From a plasmid: a stretch of 64,000 nucleotides of DNA. The DNA is taken from the sequence record CP109674.1. One strand, written 5' to 3'. Each line of letters begins with the position of its first letter. The first letter of the stretch is position 1. Shown here in pieces: positions 38,808 through 50,305 of the stretch. The notes below the pieces were generated by a model. That model searched no databases and was not told the DNA's origin. It worked only from the letters and a program-made list of their open reading frames with translations. Position numbers and translations under genes: made by a program.

Positions 38808-39623
38808 TTAGAAAAACTCATCGAGCATCAAATGAAACTGCAATTTATTCATATCAGGATTATCAATACCATATTTTTGAAAAAGCCGTTTCTGTAATGA
38901 AGGAGAAAACTCACCGAGGCAGTTCCATAGGATGGCAAGATCCTGGTATCGGTCTGCGATTCCGACTCGTCCAACATCAATACAACCTATTAATTTCCCC
39001 TCGTCAAAAATAAGGTTATCAAGTGAGAAATCACCATGAGTGACGACTGAATCCGGTGAGAATGGCAAAAGCTTATGCATTTCTTTCCAGACTTGTTCAA
39101 CAGGCCAGCCATTACGCTCGTCATCAAAATCACTCGCATCAACCAAACCGTTATTCATTCGTGATTGCGCCTGAGCGAGACGAAATACGCGATCGCTGTT
39201 AAAAGGACAATTACAAACAGGAATCGAATGCAACCGGCGCAGGAACGCTGCCAGCGCATCAACAATATTTTCACCTGAATCAGGATATTCTTCTAATACC
39301 TGGAATGCTGTTTTCCCGGGGATCGCAGTGGTGAGTAACCATGCATCATCAGGAGTACGGATAAAATGCTTGATGGTCGGAAGAGGCATAAATGCCGTCA
39401 GCCAGTTTAGTCTGACCATCTCATCTGTAACATCATTGGCAACGCTACCTTTGCCATGTTTCAGAAACAACTCTGGCGCATCGGGCTTCCCATACAATCG
39501 ATAGATTGTCGCACCTGATTGCCCGACATTATCGCGAGCCCATCTATACCCATATAAATCAACATCCAGGTTGGAATTTAATCGCGGCCTCGAGCAAGAC
39601 GTTTCCCGTTGAATATGGCTCAT
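38808..39623 (-). CDS. aph(3')-Ia: Aminoglycoside 3'-phosphotransferase APH(3')-Ia (kanamycin/neomycin resistance, Tn903-derived)
   Basis: Product MSHIQRETSCSRPRLNSNLDVDLYGYRWARDNVGQSGATIYRLYGKPDAPELFLKHGKGSVAND..., with the classic Tn903 flanks. Confidence 0.95.
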   Translation of the reverse strand: MSHIQRETSCSRPRLNSNLDVDLYGYRWARDNVGQSGATIYRLYGKPDAPELFLKHGKGSVANDVTDEMVRLNWLTAFMPLPTIKHFIRTPDDAWLLTTAIPGKTAFQVLEEYPDSGENIVDALAAFLRRLHSIPVCNCPFNSDRVFRLAQAQSRMNNGLVDASDFDDERNGWPVEQVWKEMHKLLPFSPDSVVTHGDFSLDNLIFDEGKLIGCIDVGRVGIADRYQDLAILWNCLGEFSPSLQKRLFQKYGIDNPDMNKLQFHLMLDEFF

Positions 39624-39727
39624 AACACCCCTTGTATTACTGTTTATGTAAGCAGACAGTTTTATTGTTCATGATGATATATTTTTATCTTGTGCAATGT
39701 AACATCAGAGATTTTGAGACACAACGT

Positions 39728-40784
39728 GGCTTTGTTGAATAAATCAGATTTCGGGTAAGTCTCCCCCGTAGCGGGTTGTGTTTTCAGGCAATACGCACGC
39801 TTTCAGGCATACCTGCTTTCGTCATTTTGTTCAGCGCTCGTACCAGGGCCATAGCCTCCGCAACCTGACCATCGTAGTCACGCAGCGTCAGTGAACCCCC
39901 GAACAGCTGTTTTACCCGGTACATCGCCGTTTCCGCTATCGAGCGACGGTTGTAATCTGTTGTCCATTTCCACCGCGCATTACTCCCGGTCATTCGCTGA
40001 TTAGCCACTGCACGGTTACGGTCTGCATATTCACCGGGCCAGTAACCCGCGCCTTTTCGGGGCGGGATAAGCGCGCTGATTTTCTTACGCCGCAGTTCAT
40101 CGTGACAGAGCCGGGTGTCGTAAGCGCCGTCTGCCGATGCTGCCCTGATTTTTCTGTGAGTCTGCCGGATAAGACCCGGGAAGGCTTCTGAGTCCGTCAC
40201 ATTGTTCAGCGACAGGTCTGCACAGATGATTTCATGTGTTTTACTGTCAACGGCGAGATGCAGCTTACGCCAGATACGGCGGCGTTCCTGGCCATGCTTT
40301 TTGACTTTCCACTCGCCTTCACCGAAGACCTTCAGCCCGGTGGAATCAATCACCAGATGCGCGATTTCACCCCGGGTGGGCGTTTTGAAACTGACATTAA
40401 CCGACTTTGCCCGCCTGCTGACACAGCTGTAATCCGGGCAGCGTAGCGGAACGTTCATCAGAGAAAAAATGGAATCAATAAAGCCCTGCGCAGCGCGCAG
40501 GGTCAGCCTGAACACGCGTTTAATGACCAGCACAGTCGTGATGGCAAGGTCAGAATAGCGCTGAGGTCTGCCTCGTGAAGAAGGTGTTGCTGACTCATAC
40601 CAGGCCTGAATAGCTTCATCATCCAGCCAGAAAGTTATGGAGCCACGGTTGATGAGGGCTTTATTGTAGGTGGGCCAGTTGGTGATTTTGAACTTTTGCT
40701 TTGCCACGGAACGGTCTGCGTTGTCGGGAAGATACGTGATCTGATCCTTCAACTCAGCAAAAGTTCGATTTATTCAACAAAGCC
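39728..40784 (-). mobile_element. IS903B: IS903B copy C (1057 bp), Tn903 arm adjacent to aph(3')-Ia
   Basis: The junction ...tgtaacatcagagattttgagacacaacgt|ggctttgttgaataaatc is the Tn903 sequence. Confidence 0.9.
39784..40707 (-). CDS. tnpA: IS903 transposase
   Basis: Homologous to the other copies. Confidence 0.9.
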   Translation of the reverse strand: MAKQKFKITNWPTYNKALINRGSITFWLDDEAIQAWYESATPSSRGRPQRYSDLAITTVLVIKRVFRLTLRAAQGFIDSIFSLMNVPLRCPDYSCVSRRAKSVNVSFKTPTRGEIAHLVIDSTGLKVFGEGEWKVKKHGQERRRIWRKLHLAVDSKTHEIICADLSLNNVTDSEAFPGLIRQTHRKIRAASADGAYDTRLCHDELRRKKISALIPPRKGAGYWPGEYADRNRAVANQRMTGSNARWKWTTDYNRRSIAETAMYRVKQLFGGSLTLRDYDGQVAEAMALVRALNKMTKAGMPESVRIA

Positions 40785-41187
40785 GTTTTGAAACTGACGT
40801 TAACCGACTTTGCCCGCCTGCTGACACAGCTGTAATCCGGGCAGCGTAGCGGAACGTTCATCAGAGAAAAAATGGAATCAATAAAGCCCTGCGCAGCGCG
40901 CAGGGTCAGCCTGAATACGCGTTTAATGACCAGCACAGTCGTGATGGCAAGGTCAGAATAGCGCTGAGGTCTGCCTCGTGAAGAAGGTGTTGCTGACTCA
41001 TACCAGGCCTGAATAGCTTCATCATCCAGCCAGAAAGTTATGGAGCCACGGTTGATGAGGGCTTTATTGTAGGTGGGCCAGTTGGTGATTTTGAACTTTT
41101 GCTTTGCCACGGAACGGTCTGCGTTGTCGGGAAGATGCGTGATCTGATCCTTCAACTCAGCAAAAGTTCGATTTATTCAACAAAGCC
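40785..41187 (-). mobile_element. IS903-delta: Partial IS903 (403 bp, transposase N-terminal end plus one IR), abutting copy C head-to-tail
   Basis: The sequence restarts at an internal IS903 position (it matches 40380 onward) and ends with ...cgatttattcaacaaagcc. ORF 40754-41155 encodes the first 124 aa of Tnp. Confidence 0.8.
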
Positions 41188-41229
41188 GATAGACTTTCCT
41201 CCGACTGAAACAACAGGATGATTGAGCCC

Positions 41230-41632
41230 ATGCTTCGATACGAGTTAACGCCGAACAATGCAGGTTTTATACTGTGGGGAGATTCAGAAGCCCTGAATGA
41301 ATTACATGAACTCATTCATTACATCGTGGATGAAAGCCCACTGATTAAAGTTAAAGACGGATTTATGTTATCCCTTGCCTATGATATTCGTAAAGCACGG
41401 GAAGGTAATCGTCGTGTTGAGCAACATCAGTATGATCAACATGATACATATAAGCTTTATGGTGTTGAGCTTTTATGGCCTCTGGTCCTGGTACAGTCCT
41501 CAATACTCAGAAACTCAATGGGTTATATTCAGACAGACAAAAACCAGCTGTCTGTCATGTATGCCTTTGAATACCTGATAGAATCAGCATTAACAGAGTC
41601 TGAGAGAACAACGTCGAATGATATTATGCTAA
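41230..41632 (+). pseudogene. Hypothetical gene, 5' part, interrupted by IS5
   Basis: ORF MLRYELTPNNAGFILWGDSEALNELHELIHY... continues in frame at 42833 after removing IS5 and one CTAA copy. Confidence 0.55.
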
Positions 41633-42828
<1,196 letters not shown>

Positions 42829-42832
42829 CTAA

Positions 42833-43062
42833 CAGTAAAATATGCATCAGACTCTGATTTTAATTTCATTGAGGATAATATTGACAGCAGGTGCTGCTAT
42901 TTTATCAGCCTATCTCCGGAGCAAAGAAAAAAGCAGTTAATCAGTATTGTTCGTTCTTTTCATTCATTATGGGGTAAGTATGCCCGTGAAAAGCAGGACA
43001 TAAAGATGCTGAACGAAATGAATAATACATCATGGGTCTGGCCGGACAATATCAACTGGTGA
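42833..43062 (+). pseudogene. 3' part of the IS5-interrupted hypothetical gene
   Basis: Translates in frame (TVKYASDSDFNFIEDNIDSRCCYFISLSPEQRKK...NINW) when joined to 41230-41632. Confidence 0.55.
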
Positions 43063-43090
43063 GCAACCACTGTCCGGCCAGTGAGTACCA

Positions 43091-44494
43091 TCAGCGGGCT
43101 CTTTTACCAAAAATGTCCTCTGAACGTGACTGAAGCTGTTTGAGTGCTTCGAGCATGTCATCATTATCCAGTGAGCGCTGGGATTTCTTCCCTTCCTGCT
43201 TTGGCCGTCGTCGGGAAGGGCCATCTCCAGCGGGAATTGACTGAGAGCGCGTGTTATCCCGCTTGCTCTGCACCAGACTGATAAACTCCAGGGTTCGGCC
43301 AAGACGCTTGTTATCGACAATCGCGCCCTGGTCGATTTCTGACAGTCGGTCGTAGGTAGAGTAGGGAAGTAGCGTACCGTTCAGGCGCAGCTCTTTTCTG
43401 CCATCAGGATAGTGATACACATCGATATATTTACCTATTGCACGGCGACTCAGTTCGCTGTCTTCAATCAGGTACAACATTTTATCATATTGTATCGTCA
43501 ACGATTTTGAGACTTTACGTTTTTCACGAACAGTGAAAATAAGCCCCAGGTCCTCATCATGTTCTACAGCACGGTGTACGTCAAAATCATGTCGCGGTAC
43601 TTTGCCAAAACGGCGGTTATAGTCAGCCATATAGGCCTCAGCGAAGTCATTTGCAGCCTCCATTGAACAAATGCCCTGTAACCGCAGCTCTTTGACCAGA
43701 CGATCCTGTAAAGTGAGGTGAGCTCGTTCTACACGCCCTTTGGCGGGACTGGTTTCTGCACAGATAGTCTGGATGTTCAGTTCATGCATGGCTCGCCCAA
43801 ACTGAGTATGCCCGTCTCCGCCTGTGGCGTGTTTATTGTTAACACGAAAAACACCGGCTTTATCGCTGTACAGTGCCAGCGGTTTACCATGCTTATCGAT
43901 ATAGCGCCGCGTGGCTTCGAAGTAAGAAAACGTGGACTCCGATTTAACAAACAACAGTTCCATCAGTTTGCTGGTTGCATCATCAACATAGACCAGCGCG
44001 GTGCAGGCCGGGCCACGGCCTTCAAACCAGTCGTGATCACAGCCATCTATTTGTATCAGCTCACCAGTACACGGACGCCGGTACCGTGGTTGAGGGATCC
44101 TTGCGGCACGTTGTTTACGGGGAACCCATAAGCCAGCCCGCACCATGATGCGCCGGACAGTTTCTTTGCCAAGAAACAGTCCGTGGAGTTCTTCGAGCTT
44201 TTCACGCGCCAGAGTCGGACCGAAATCAGCATAACGCGTCTTGATCAGTTCCAGAGCCTGATCTGCGAGCCCGGGTGGCAACTGGCGGTTACCACGCATG
44301 CCACATCGTCTGCTGGCCATACCAAGCGGTCCGCCTTCACGGTAACGGGCAAGAAGTCTGCGGCATTGCCTGTCGCTGATACCGAGGTGCTCGGCCGCAC
44401 GGCGCGTTGTGATGCGACGTTCAATGACGTCCTGTATAATCTTGATCCGGTTGATCTCTTTCAAAGTAAACACTCCTGAGCTTTCTGCGCTCAT
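43091..44494 (-). CDS. ISNCY-family-like transposase (HTH and DDE), copy 1
   Basis: 467-aa product ...LKEINRIKIIQDVIERRITTRRAAEHLGISDRQCRRLLARYREGG...DGCDHDWFEGRG.. About 75% identical to 50306-51709. Confidence 0.6.
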   Translation of the reverse strand: MSAESSGVFTLKEINRIKIIQDVIERRITTRRAAEHLGISDRQCRRLLARYREGGPLGMASRRCGMRGNRQLPPGLADQALELIKTRYADFGPTLAREKLEELHGLFLGKETVRRIMVRAGLWVPRKQRAARIPQPRYRRPCTGELIQIDGCDHDWFEGRGPACTALVYVDDATSKLMELLFVKSESTFSYFEATRRYIDKHGKPLALYSDKAGVFRVNNKHATGGDGHTQFGRAMHELNIQTICAETSPAKGRVERAHLTLQDRLVKELRLQGICSMEAANDFAEAYMADYNRRFGKVPRHDFDVHRAVEHDEDLGLIFTVREKRKVSKSLTIQYDKMLYLIEDSELSRRAIGKYIDVYHYPDGRKELRLNGTLLPYSTYDRLSEIDQGAIVDNKRLGRTLEFISLVQSKRDNTRSQSIPAGDGPSRRRPKQEGKKSQRSLDNDDMLEALKQLQSRSEDIFGKRAR

Positions 44495-45004
44495 GATATG
44501 CCTCCCGGTAGTTTAAACGGACCAGTGAAGCTTACCATAGCGCGGACATCTGAATTGAGCCACAGGCGGACATTACTATTGAGCCATTACAACTTATGTC
44601 AAAGCTAAGTAGAGATGTCCGGGGTGGGGCAAAGTTCAAATGTCCTTTGATAATATTGAATTCCTGGATAAAAATCGCATCTTAACCTCTTCGTTTGAGT
44701 ACCTTGTTGGGTTGACCCCGTATTCGCTTTATTTGTAGTATTGGGCTGCTTTGAAGTGTTTCATGTTCAAACGCGACGTGTTCTGTAAGTTCTTCCTGAC
44801 AACAGAGCCGACAATATATACACATCCGCTATGGAGAATCTGACAACCGCTATGCGTATTACGCCACCCTGAGTTTTTCCTTCCTCTGTCGTACTGAGCA
44901 AGCCTCAGCACGCACTCAATAACATCCCGTCTGCGGATGTGCTTTACCGTACGTAAAAATGTAGCCCTCCAGGGCTGACTGTATCTAAAAACTGAGAAAT
45001 TACT

Positions 45005-46483
45005 ATGTTGCTGTCCTCGACGCGTAAGGACTGGCTGGGTAACGTCCGTGGTGACGTTCTGGCCGGTATTGTTGTCGCGCTCGCACTCATTCCAGAAGCG
45101 ATCGCCTTTTCCATTATCGCCGGTGTTGATCCCCAGGTGGGCCTCTACTCGGCGTTCTGTATTCCTCTCGTTATGGCCTTCTTTGGCGGACGTCCGGCGA
45201 TGATTTCGTCCTCCACCGGTGCAATGGCTCTCCTGATGGTGACGCTGGTGAAAGATCATGGCTTACAGTATTTACTGGCTGCCTCCATACTGACCGGGGT
45301 ATTCCAGCTGATAGCCGGATATCTGAAGCTTGGCGGGCTGATGCGTTTTGTTTCACGCTCAGTGGTCACGGGGTTTGTTAATGCACTGGCAATACTGATT
45401 TTTATGGCCCAGTTGCCTGAGCTGACCAATGTGACATGGCATGTTTATGCCATGACTGCGGCAGGGCTGGGGATCATCTATCTCTTCCCTTATATCAACA
45501 AAACCATTCCTTCACCGCTTGTGTGCATCGTGGTGCTGACTGGGATTGCCATGTGGCTGCATCTGGATGTGCGAACCGTCGGGGATATGGGGAAACTTCC
45601 CGACAGTCTGCCGGTCTTCCTGCTCCCGGACGTGCCTTTAAATCTTCAGACGCTGCTCATCATCCTGCCATATTCTGCGGGGCTTGCGGTGGTTGGCCTG
45701 CTTGAGTCGATGATGACCGCCACTATCGTGGATGACATGACCGACACGCCAAGCGACAAAAACAGGGAGTGCAAAGCTCAGGGCATCGCGAACATCTGCA
45801 CATCCTTTATCGGAGGAATGGCAGGCTGCGCGATGATTGGGCAATCTGTTATCAACGTAAAATCCGGTGGACGCGGACGACTTTCAACCCTCACGGCGGG
45901 CGTGGTGCTGCTTTGCCTGATTGTGTTCCTGCGCAACTGGGTCTCCCAAATTCCGATGGCAGCGCTGGTCGCGGTGATGATTATGGTTTCCATCGGGACA
46001 TTCTCCTGGCGCTCCATTGCCAACCTGCGGACACACCCCCTTTCAACCAGCGTGGTCATGCTTGCCACCGTCGCGGTTGTGGTGGCAACACATAATCTGG
46101 CCTTCGGTGTGCTGACCGGTGTACTGATTGCTTCGCTCAATTTTGCCACTAAAGTATCCCGGTTCATGCGTGTAACCTCAGTTCTGGAGGGGTCGAGCCG
46201 GACGTATACCGTCACCGGCCAGGTATTCTTTGCATCAGCAGACCGCTTTACGAGCCACTTTGATTTCCGTGAAGCGATTGAGAATGTGGTGATAGACGTT
46301 TCACATGCCCATTTCTGGGACATCACGTCCGTCAGCGCCCTGGATAAGGTGGTCATTAAGTTCCGCAGAGAGGGCGCCGGGGTTGAAATACGTGGGATGA
46401 ATGAAGCCACCCGCACCATCGTTGACCGGTTTGGTGTTCACGATAAACCTGAAGAAGTCGAAAAACTGATGGGCGGTCATTAA
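45005..46483 (+). CDS. SulP-family anion permease with a C-terminal STAS domain
   Basis: 492 aa with 10 or more TM segments, then a STAS-like tail ..[43 protein letters not shown]. Confidence 0.8.
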   Translation: MLLSSTRKDWLGNVRGDVLAGIVVALALIPEAIAFSIIAGVDPQVGLYSAFCIPLVMAFFGGRPAMISSSTGAMALLMVTLVKDHGLQYLLAASILTGVFQLIAGYLKLGGLMRFVSRSVVTGFVNALAILIFMAQLPELTNVTWHVYAMTAAGLGIIYLFPYINKTIPSPLVCIVVLTGIAMWLHLDVRTVGDMGKLPDSLPVFLLPDVPLNLQTLLIILPYSAGLAVVGLLESMMTATIVDDMTDTPSDKNRECKAQGIANICTSFIGGMAGCAMIGQSVINVKSGGRGRLSTLTAGVVLLCLIVFLRNWVSQIPMAALVAVMIMVSIGTFSWRSIANLRTHPLSTSVVMLATVAVVVATHNLAFGVLTGVLIASLNFATKVSRFMRVTSVLEGSSRTYTVTGQVFFASADRFTSHFDFREAIENVVIDVSHAHFWDITSVSALDKVVIKFRREGAGVEIRGMNEATRTIVDRFGVHDKPEEVEKLMGGH

Positions 46484-46501
46484 CAGACTGGAGGGAAAAC
46501 T

Positions 46502-47329
46502 ATGAATAATACTGTTACAGCCTGTGTGGACGGTTCACTTTCAACGCGGTCAGTGTGTGAATATGCGGCGTGGGCAGCCCGCACTTTGCAATCACAGCTA
46601 GCACTGTTGCACGTTATCGAAAAAGACAGCACCCCGGTAGTGTCAGACCTGACCGGCACTCTCGGCATAGACAGTCAGCAATTGCTGACCGATGAGCTGG
46701 TAGAAATTGAAGGGCAACGTAATCGCCTGCTGATGGCCCAGGGGAAAGCAATACTGGAAAGTTGTGCTGAACTGCTTCAAAAACAGGGAAGCCCGGATGT
46801 GCTTTTGATGCAAAAACACGGTACACCGGATGAAGTTCTGGCAGAGCTGAGCGACCTTCGTCTCATGGTGCTGGGGCGTCGGGGTAGCCAGCATCCGGTA
46901 GGCTCTCATCTGGAAAGCGTTATTCGTCTGCAAAAGAAACCCCTACTGGTTGTTCCGGAGAACTACTCAGTGCCTTCCAGAGTCATGCTGGCTTATGATG
47001 GCAGTGAAGAAAGCAGGAGTAACCTGGAACGTCTGACGATGAGTCCCTTACTCAGGGGGCTGGAGTGCCACCTTGTCATGGTAAACGGTAAGAAGGAAGA
47101 GCTGCTGACCGCACAGCAAATTTTACGTGACGCGGATATAGAAAACAGCACAACACATCTTACCGGGCAATCAGTCGGGGACGCGCTTATTCGTTACGCC
47201 GAGGAAAATGCTGTCGATCTGATAGTGATGGGGGCCTACGGTCATTCCAGGTTGCGGCAGTTCTTTATCGGTAGTCATACCTCCGAAATGCTGCAAAAGA
47301 CGCAACAACCGCTTCTTATCCTCCGTTAG
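46502..47329 (+). CDS. Tandem-domain universal stress protein (UspA family)
   Basis: 275 aa with two Usp domains (..MVLGRRGSQHPVGSHLESV.. and ..IVMGAYGHSRLRQFFIGSHTSEML). Confidence 0.75.
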   Translation: MNNTVTACVDGSLSTRSVCEYAAWAARTLQSQLALLHVIEKDSTPVVSDLTGTLGIDSQQLLTDELVEIEGQRNRLLMAQGKAILESCAELLQKQGSPDVLLMQKHGTPDEVLAELSDLRLMVLGRRGSQHPVGSHLESVIRLQKKPLLVVPENYSVPSRVMLAYDGSEESRSNLERLTMSPLLRGLECHLVMVNGKKEELLTAQQILRDADIENSTTHLTGQSVGDALIRYAEENAVDLIVMGAYGHSRLRQFFIGSHTSEMLQKTQQPLLILR

Positions 47330-47388
47330 CACTGATTATCTTAAATAAAAAAGGGCGAGTTCTCTCGCCCTTCGTCACAAGAACACGT

Positions 47389-47814
47389 TTAGTTCAGCCG
47401 GTTACCTTTTTCATCAACTACCTTCTCACCGTCCTCTTTCGTGAACGCGCTTTTCTGCGCATCGGGAAGAATATCCAGCACGACTTCAGAAGGGCGGCAT
47501 AGCCGGGTACCCAGCGGCGTTACCACGATAGGGCGATTGATCAGAACAGGGTGCTGCAACATAAAATCGATTAACTGCTCGTCAGTAAAGCGGTCTTCCG
47601 CCAGCCCTAACGCTTCAAAAGGTTCGACATTCTTACGCAGCAGCGCTCGTACCGTGATCCCCATATCCGCAATGAGTTTTACCAGCTCAGCTCGTGATGG
47701 TGGGGTTTCAAGATAATGAATAACGGTCGGCTCTGTACCGCTGTTGCGGATCATTTCAAGGGTATTGCGTGACGTGCCGCAGGCCGGGTTGTGATAAATG
47801 GTAATGTTGCTCAT
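47389..47814 (-). CDS. arsC: Arsenate reductase ArsC (glutaredoxin-coupled)
   Basis: Product MSNITIYHNPACGTSRNTLEMIRNSGTEPTVIHYLETPPSRAELVKLIADMG... Confidence 0.92.
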   Translation of the reverse strand: MSNITIYHNPACGTSRNTLEMIRNSGTEPTVIHYLETPPSRAELVKLIADMGITVRALLRKNVEPFEALGLAEDRFTDEQLIDFMLQHPVLINRPIVVTPLGTRLCRPSEVVLDILPDAQKSAFTKEDGEKVVDEKGNRLN

Positions 47815-47826
47815 ATCAGTATCTCA

Positions 47827-49116
47827 TTACAAAGTGAAAGACAGACGAAGCGCCAGTGCTGCAAGCGTGACAAACAGCACGGGGATTGTCATGACAATGC
47901 CCACCCGGAAGTAATATCCCCAGGTAATTTTGATATTTTTCTGCGACAGAACGTGCAGCCACAGTAACGTTGCCAGACTGCCGATAGGGGTAATTTTTGG
48001 CCCCAGGTCGCTGCCGATGACGTTGGCGTAAATCATCGCTTCTTTGATAACACCGGTCGCAGTGCTGCCATCAATCGACAGCGCCCCGACCAGCACGGTC
48101 GGCATATTGTTCATCACTGATGACAGGAAGGCCGTCAGGAAGCCCGTACCCAGCGTTGCCGCCCACAATCCCTGCTCTGCCAGCTGATTCAGCAAGGAAG
48201 AGAGATAGTGGGTCAGACCGGCATTTCGTAAGCCGTAGACCACCAGGTACATCCCCAGCGAGAAGATAACGATTTGCCAGGGCGCACCACGCAGCACCTT
48301 ACCGGTGTTAATGGCATGCCCTTTTTTCGCAACAGCAAACAGAAGCAATGCACCAGCGGCTGCGACCAAACTGACCGGTACGCCCAGCGGCTCCAGTCCG
48401 AAGAATCCCACCAGAAGCAACACCAGAACCAGCCAGCCGGTTTTAAAGGTATTCACATCACGTATAGCGTCTTTCGGTTCTTTCAACAGAGAAACGTCGT
48501 AAACGGCGGGAATGTCCTTACGGAAAAACAGATGCAGCATCACCAGCGTAGCCGCAATCGCGGCCAGGTTAACCGGGACCATCACGGCGGCATATTCTGA
48601 GAAACCAAGCTTAAAGAAATCCGCCGAGACGATATTCACCAGGTTTGAGACAATCAGTGGCAGGCTTGCCGTGTCAGCGATAAACCCTGCGGCCATGATA
48701 AACGCTAAGGTTGCCCCCCGGCTGAATCCCAGCGCCAGCAGCATCGCGATAACGATAGGTGTCAGGATCAGTGCCGCACCGTCGTTGGCAAACAGTGCCG
48801 CAACCATCGCACCAAGCAGGACGATCCAGGTGAAGAGCAGCCGCCCCCGGCCATTCCCCCAACGGGCAACGTGCAGCGCGGCCCATTCAAAGAAGCCGGA
48901 TTCGTCGAGCAGAAGACTGATGATGATCACGGCGATAAAGGTGGCGGTCGCATTCCACACTATCTGCCAGACCACCGGAATATCCCCCAGATGAACGACG
49001 CCAGTCAGCAATGCCAGAATTGCGCCCAGTGAGGCACTCCAGCCAATCCCCAGCCCTCTGGGTTGCCAGATAACCAGGACGAGCGTGAATAAAAAGATAG
49101 CACCAGCCAGTAACAT
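47827..49116 (-). CDS. arsB: Arsenite efflux pump ArsB
   Basis: Product [83 protein letters not shown]... Confidence 0.92.
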   Translation of the reverse strand: MLLAGAIFLFTLVLVIWQPRGLGIGWSASLGAILALLTGVVHLGDIPVVWQIVWNATATFIAVIIISLLLDESGFFEWAALHVARWGNGRGRLLFTWIVLLGAMVAALFANDGAALILTPIVIAMLLALGFSRGATLAFIMAAGFIADTASLPLIVSNLVNIVSADFFKLGFSEYAAVMVPVNLAAIAATLVMLHLFFRKDIPAVYDVSLLKEPKDAIRDVNTFKTGWLVLVLLLVGFFGLEPLGVPVSLVAAAGALLLFAVAKKGHAINTGKVLRGAPWQIVIFSLGMYLVVYGLRNAGLTHYLSSLLNQLAEQGLWAATLGTGFLTAFLSSVMNNMPTVLVGALSIDGSTATGVIKEAMIYANVIGSDLGPKITPIGSLATLLWLHVLSQKNIKITWGYYFRVGIVMTIPVLFVTLAALALRLSFTL

Positions 49117-49161
49117 CAGAAACTCCATTCACATTTGTTTATTCGGATATATATATCGCCA

Positions 49162-49482
49162 TCAGCAGGAGACAGATGCCACGCTACTGAGCTTGTTGCG
49201 TATGTTTTCTCGTTCACAGTTCCAGGCTGTATCAATAATACCCGCAGCCCATGCTGGCATGTGTGGCGACAGTCGGTAATGCACCCATTTTCCTTCGCGA
49301 CGGTCGATGACCAGCTCGGCTTCACGTAAAAGGGCCATATGGCGAGAAATTTTTGGCTGAGACTCTGCGGTTGCCGCACAGATGTCACAGACGCACATTT
49401 CACCGGACTCCCTGAGAAGCATCACGATAGTTGAACGGGTCTCGTCGGCGAGCAGTTTAAAAAGCTGAACAGGCTGTAGCAT
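49162..49482 (-). CDS. arsR: ArsR metalloregulatory repressor
   Basis: Product MLQPVQLFKLLADETRSTIVMLLRESGEMCVCDICAATAESQPKISRHMALLREAELVIDRREGKWVHYRL. Confidence 0.88.
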   Translation of the reverse strand: MLQPVQLFKLLADETRSTIVMLLRESGEMCVCDICAATAESQPKISRHMALLREAELVIDRREGKWVHYRLSPHMPAWAAGIIDTAWNCERENIRNKLSSVASVSC

Positions 49483-49568
49483 GCTTAACCTCGTAAAAAA
49501 ATAACAATACATATGGTATTTCATATGTGATAACTTTTAAAGCATAGCTTATGAAATGGAGATTTTTT

Positions 49569-50273
49569 ATGACCGACTTACCAGCAATCGAACCGGCTTA
49601 TTTTGATGATGCGCTTGCCAGCAAACTTACGGGCAACAACGAAACCATGCCGCGAATTCTCATCCTGTACGGTTCAGTACGAGAGCGGTCCTACAGTCGT
49701 TTTGCAGCGGAAGAGGCCGGGCGGTTGCTGGCAAAGATGGGGGCTGAGGTGAAAATATTTAACCCATCCGGTCTGCCGTTACCCGATGATGCGCCCGAAA
49801 GTCACCCCAAAGTGCTTGAACTCCGCGAGCTGGTCAGGTGGTGTGACGGAATGGTCTGGAGTTCTCCGGAAAGACATGGCGCCATGAGCTCGGTGATGAA
49901 GGCCCAGATTGACTGGATACCCCTGAGTGAAGGTGCTGTTCGTCCTTCCCAGGGTAAAACGCTGGCCGTCATGCAGGTTTGTGGTGGTTCACAGTCGTTT
50001 AACACGGTCAATCAGATGCGGATACTTGGCCGCTGGATGCGGATGTTCACCATCCCCAATCAGTCGTCAGTGCCAAAGGCATGGCAGGAATTTGATGATG
50101 AAGGGCGCATGAAACCCTCACCCTGGTATGACAGGATTGTCGACGTTACCGAAGAGTTGTTCAAAATGACGTTACTCCTGAAAGGGCACACAGCCTACCT
50201 GTCCGACCGCTACAGCGAAAGGAAAGAGAGTCATCAGGAGCTCGCGGCACGGGTCAATCAGGCCAAAATCTGA
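49569..50273 (+). CDS. arsH: ArsH NADPH-dependent FMN reductase, divergent from arsR
   Basis: Product ...[48 protein letters not shown].. The start is chosen at MTDLPAIEP; the ORF track start at 49551 is also possible. Confidence 0.85.
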   Translation: MTDLPAIEPAYFDDALASKLTGNNETMPRILILYGSVRERSYSRFAAEEAGRLLAKMGAEVKIFNPSGLPLPDDAPESHPKVLELRELVRWCDGMVWSSPERHGAMSSVMKAQIDWIPLSEGAVRPSQGKTLAVMQVCGGSQSFNTVNQMRILGRWMRMFTIPNQSSVPKAWQEFDDEGRMKPSPWYDRIVDVTEELFKMTLLLKGHTAYLSDRYSERKESHQELAARVNQAKI

Positions 50274-50305
50274 CAGCCAGGCATGCCCGGATGGATTACC
50301 GGGCT

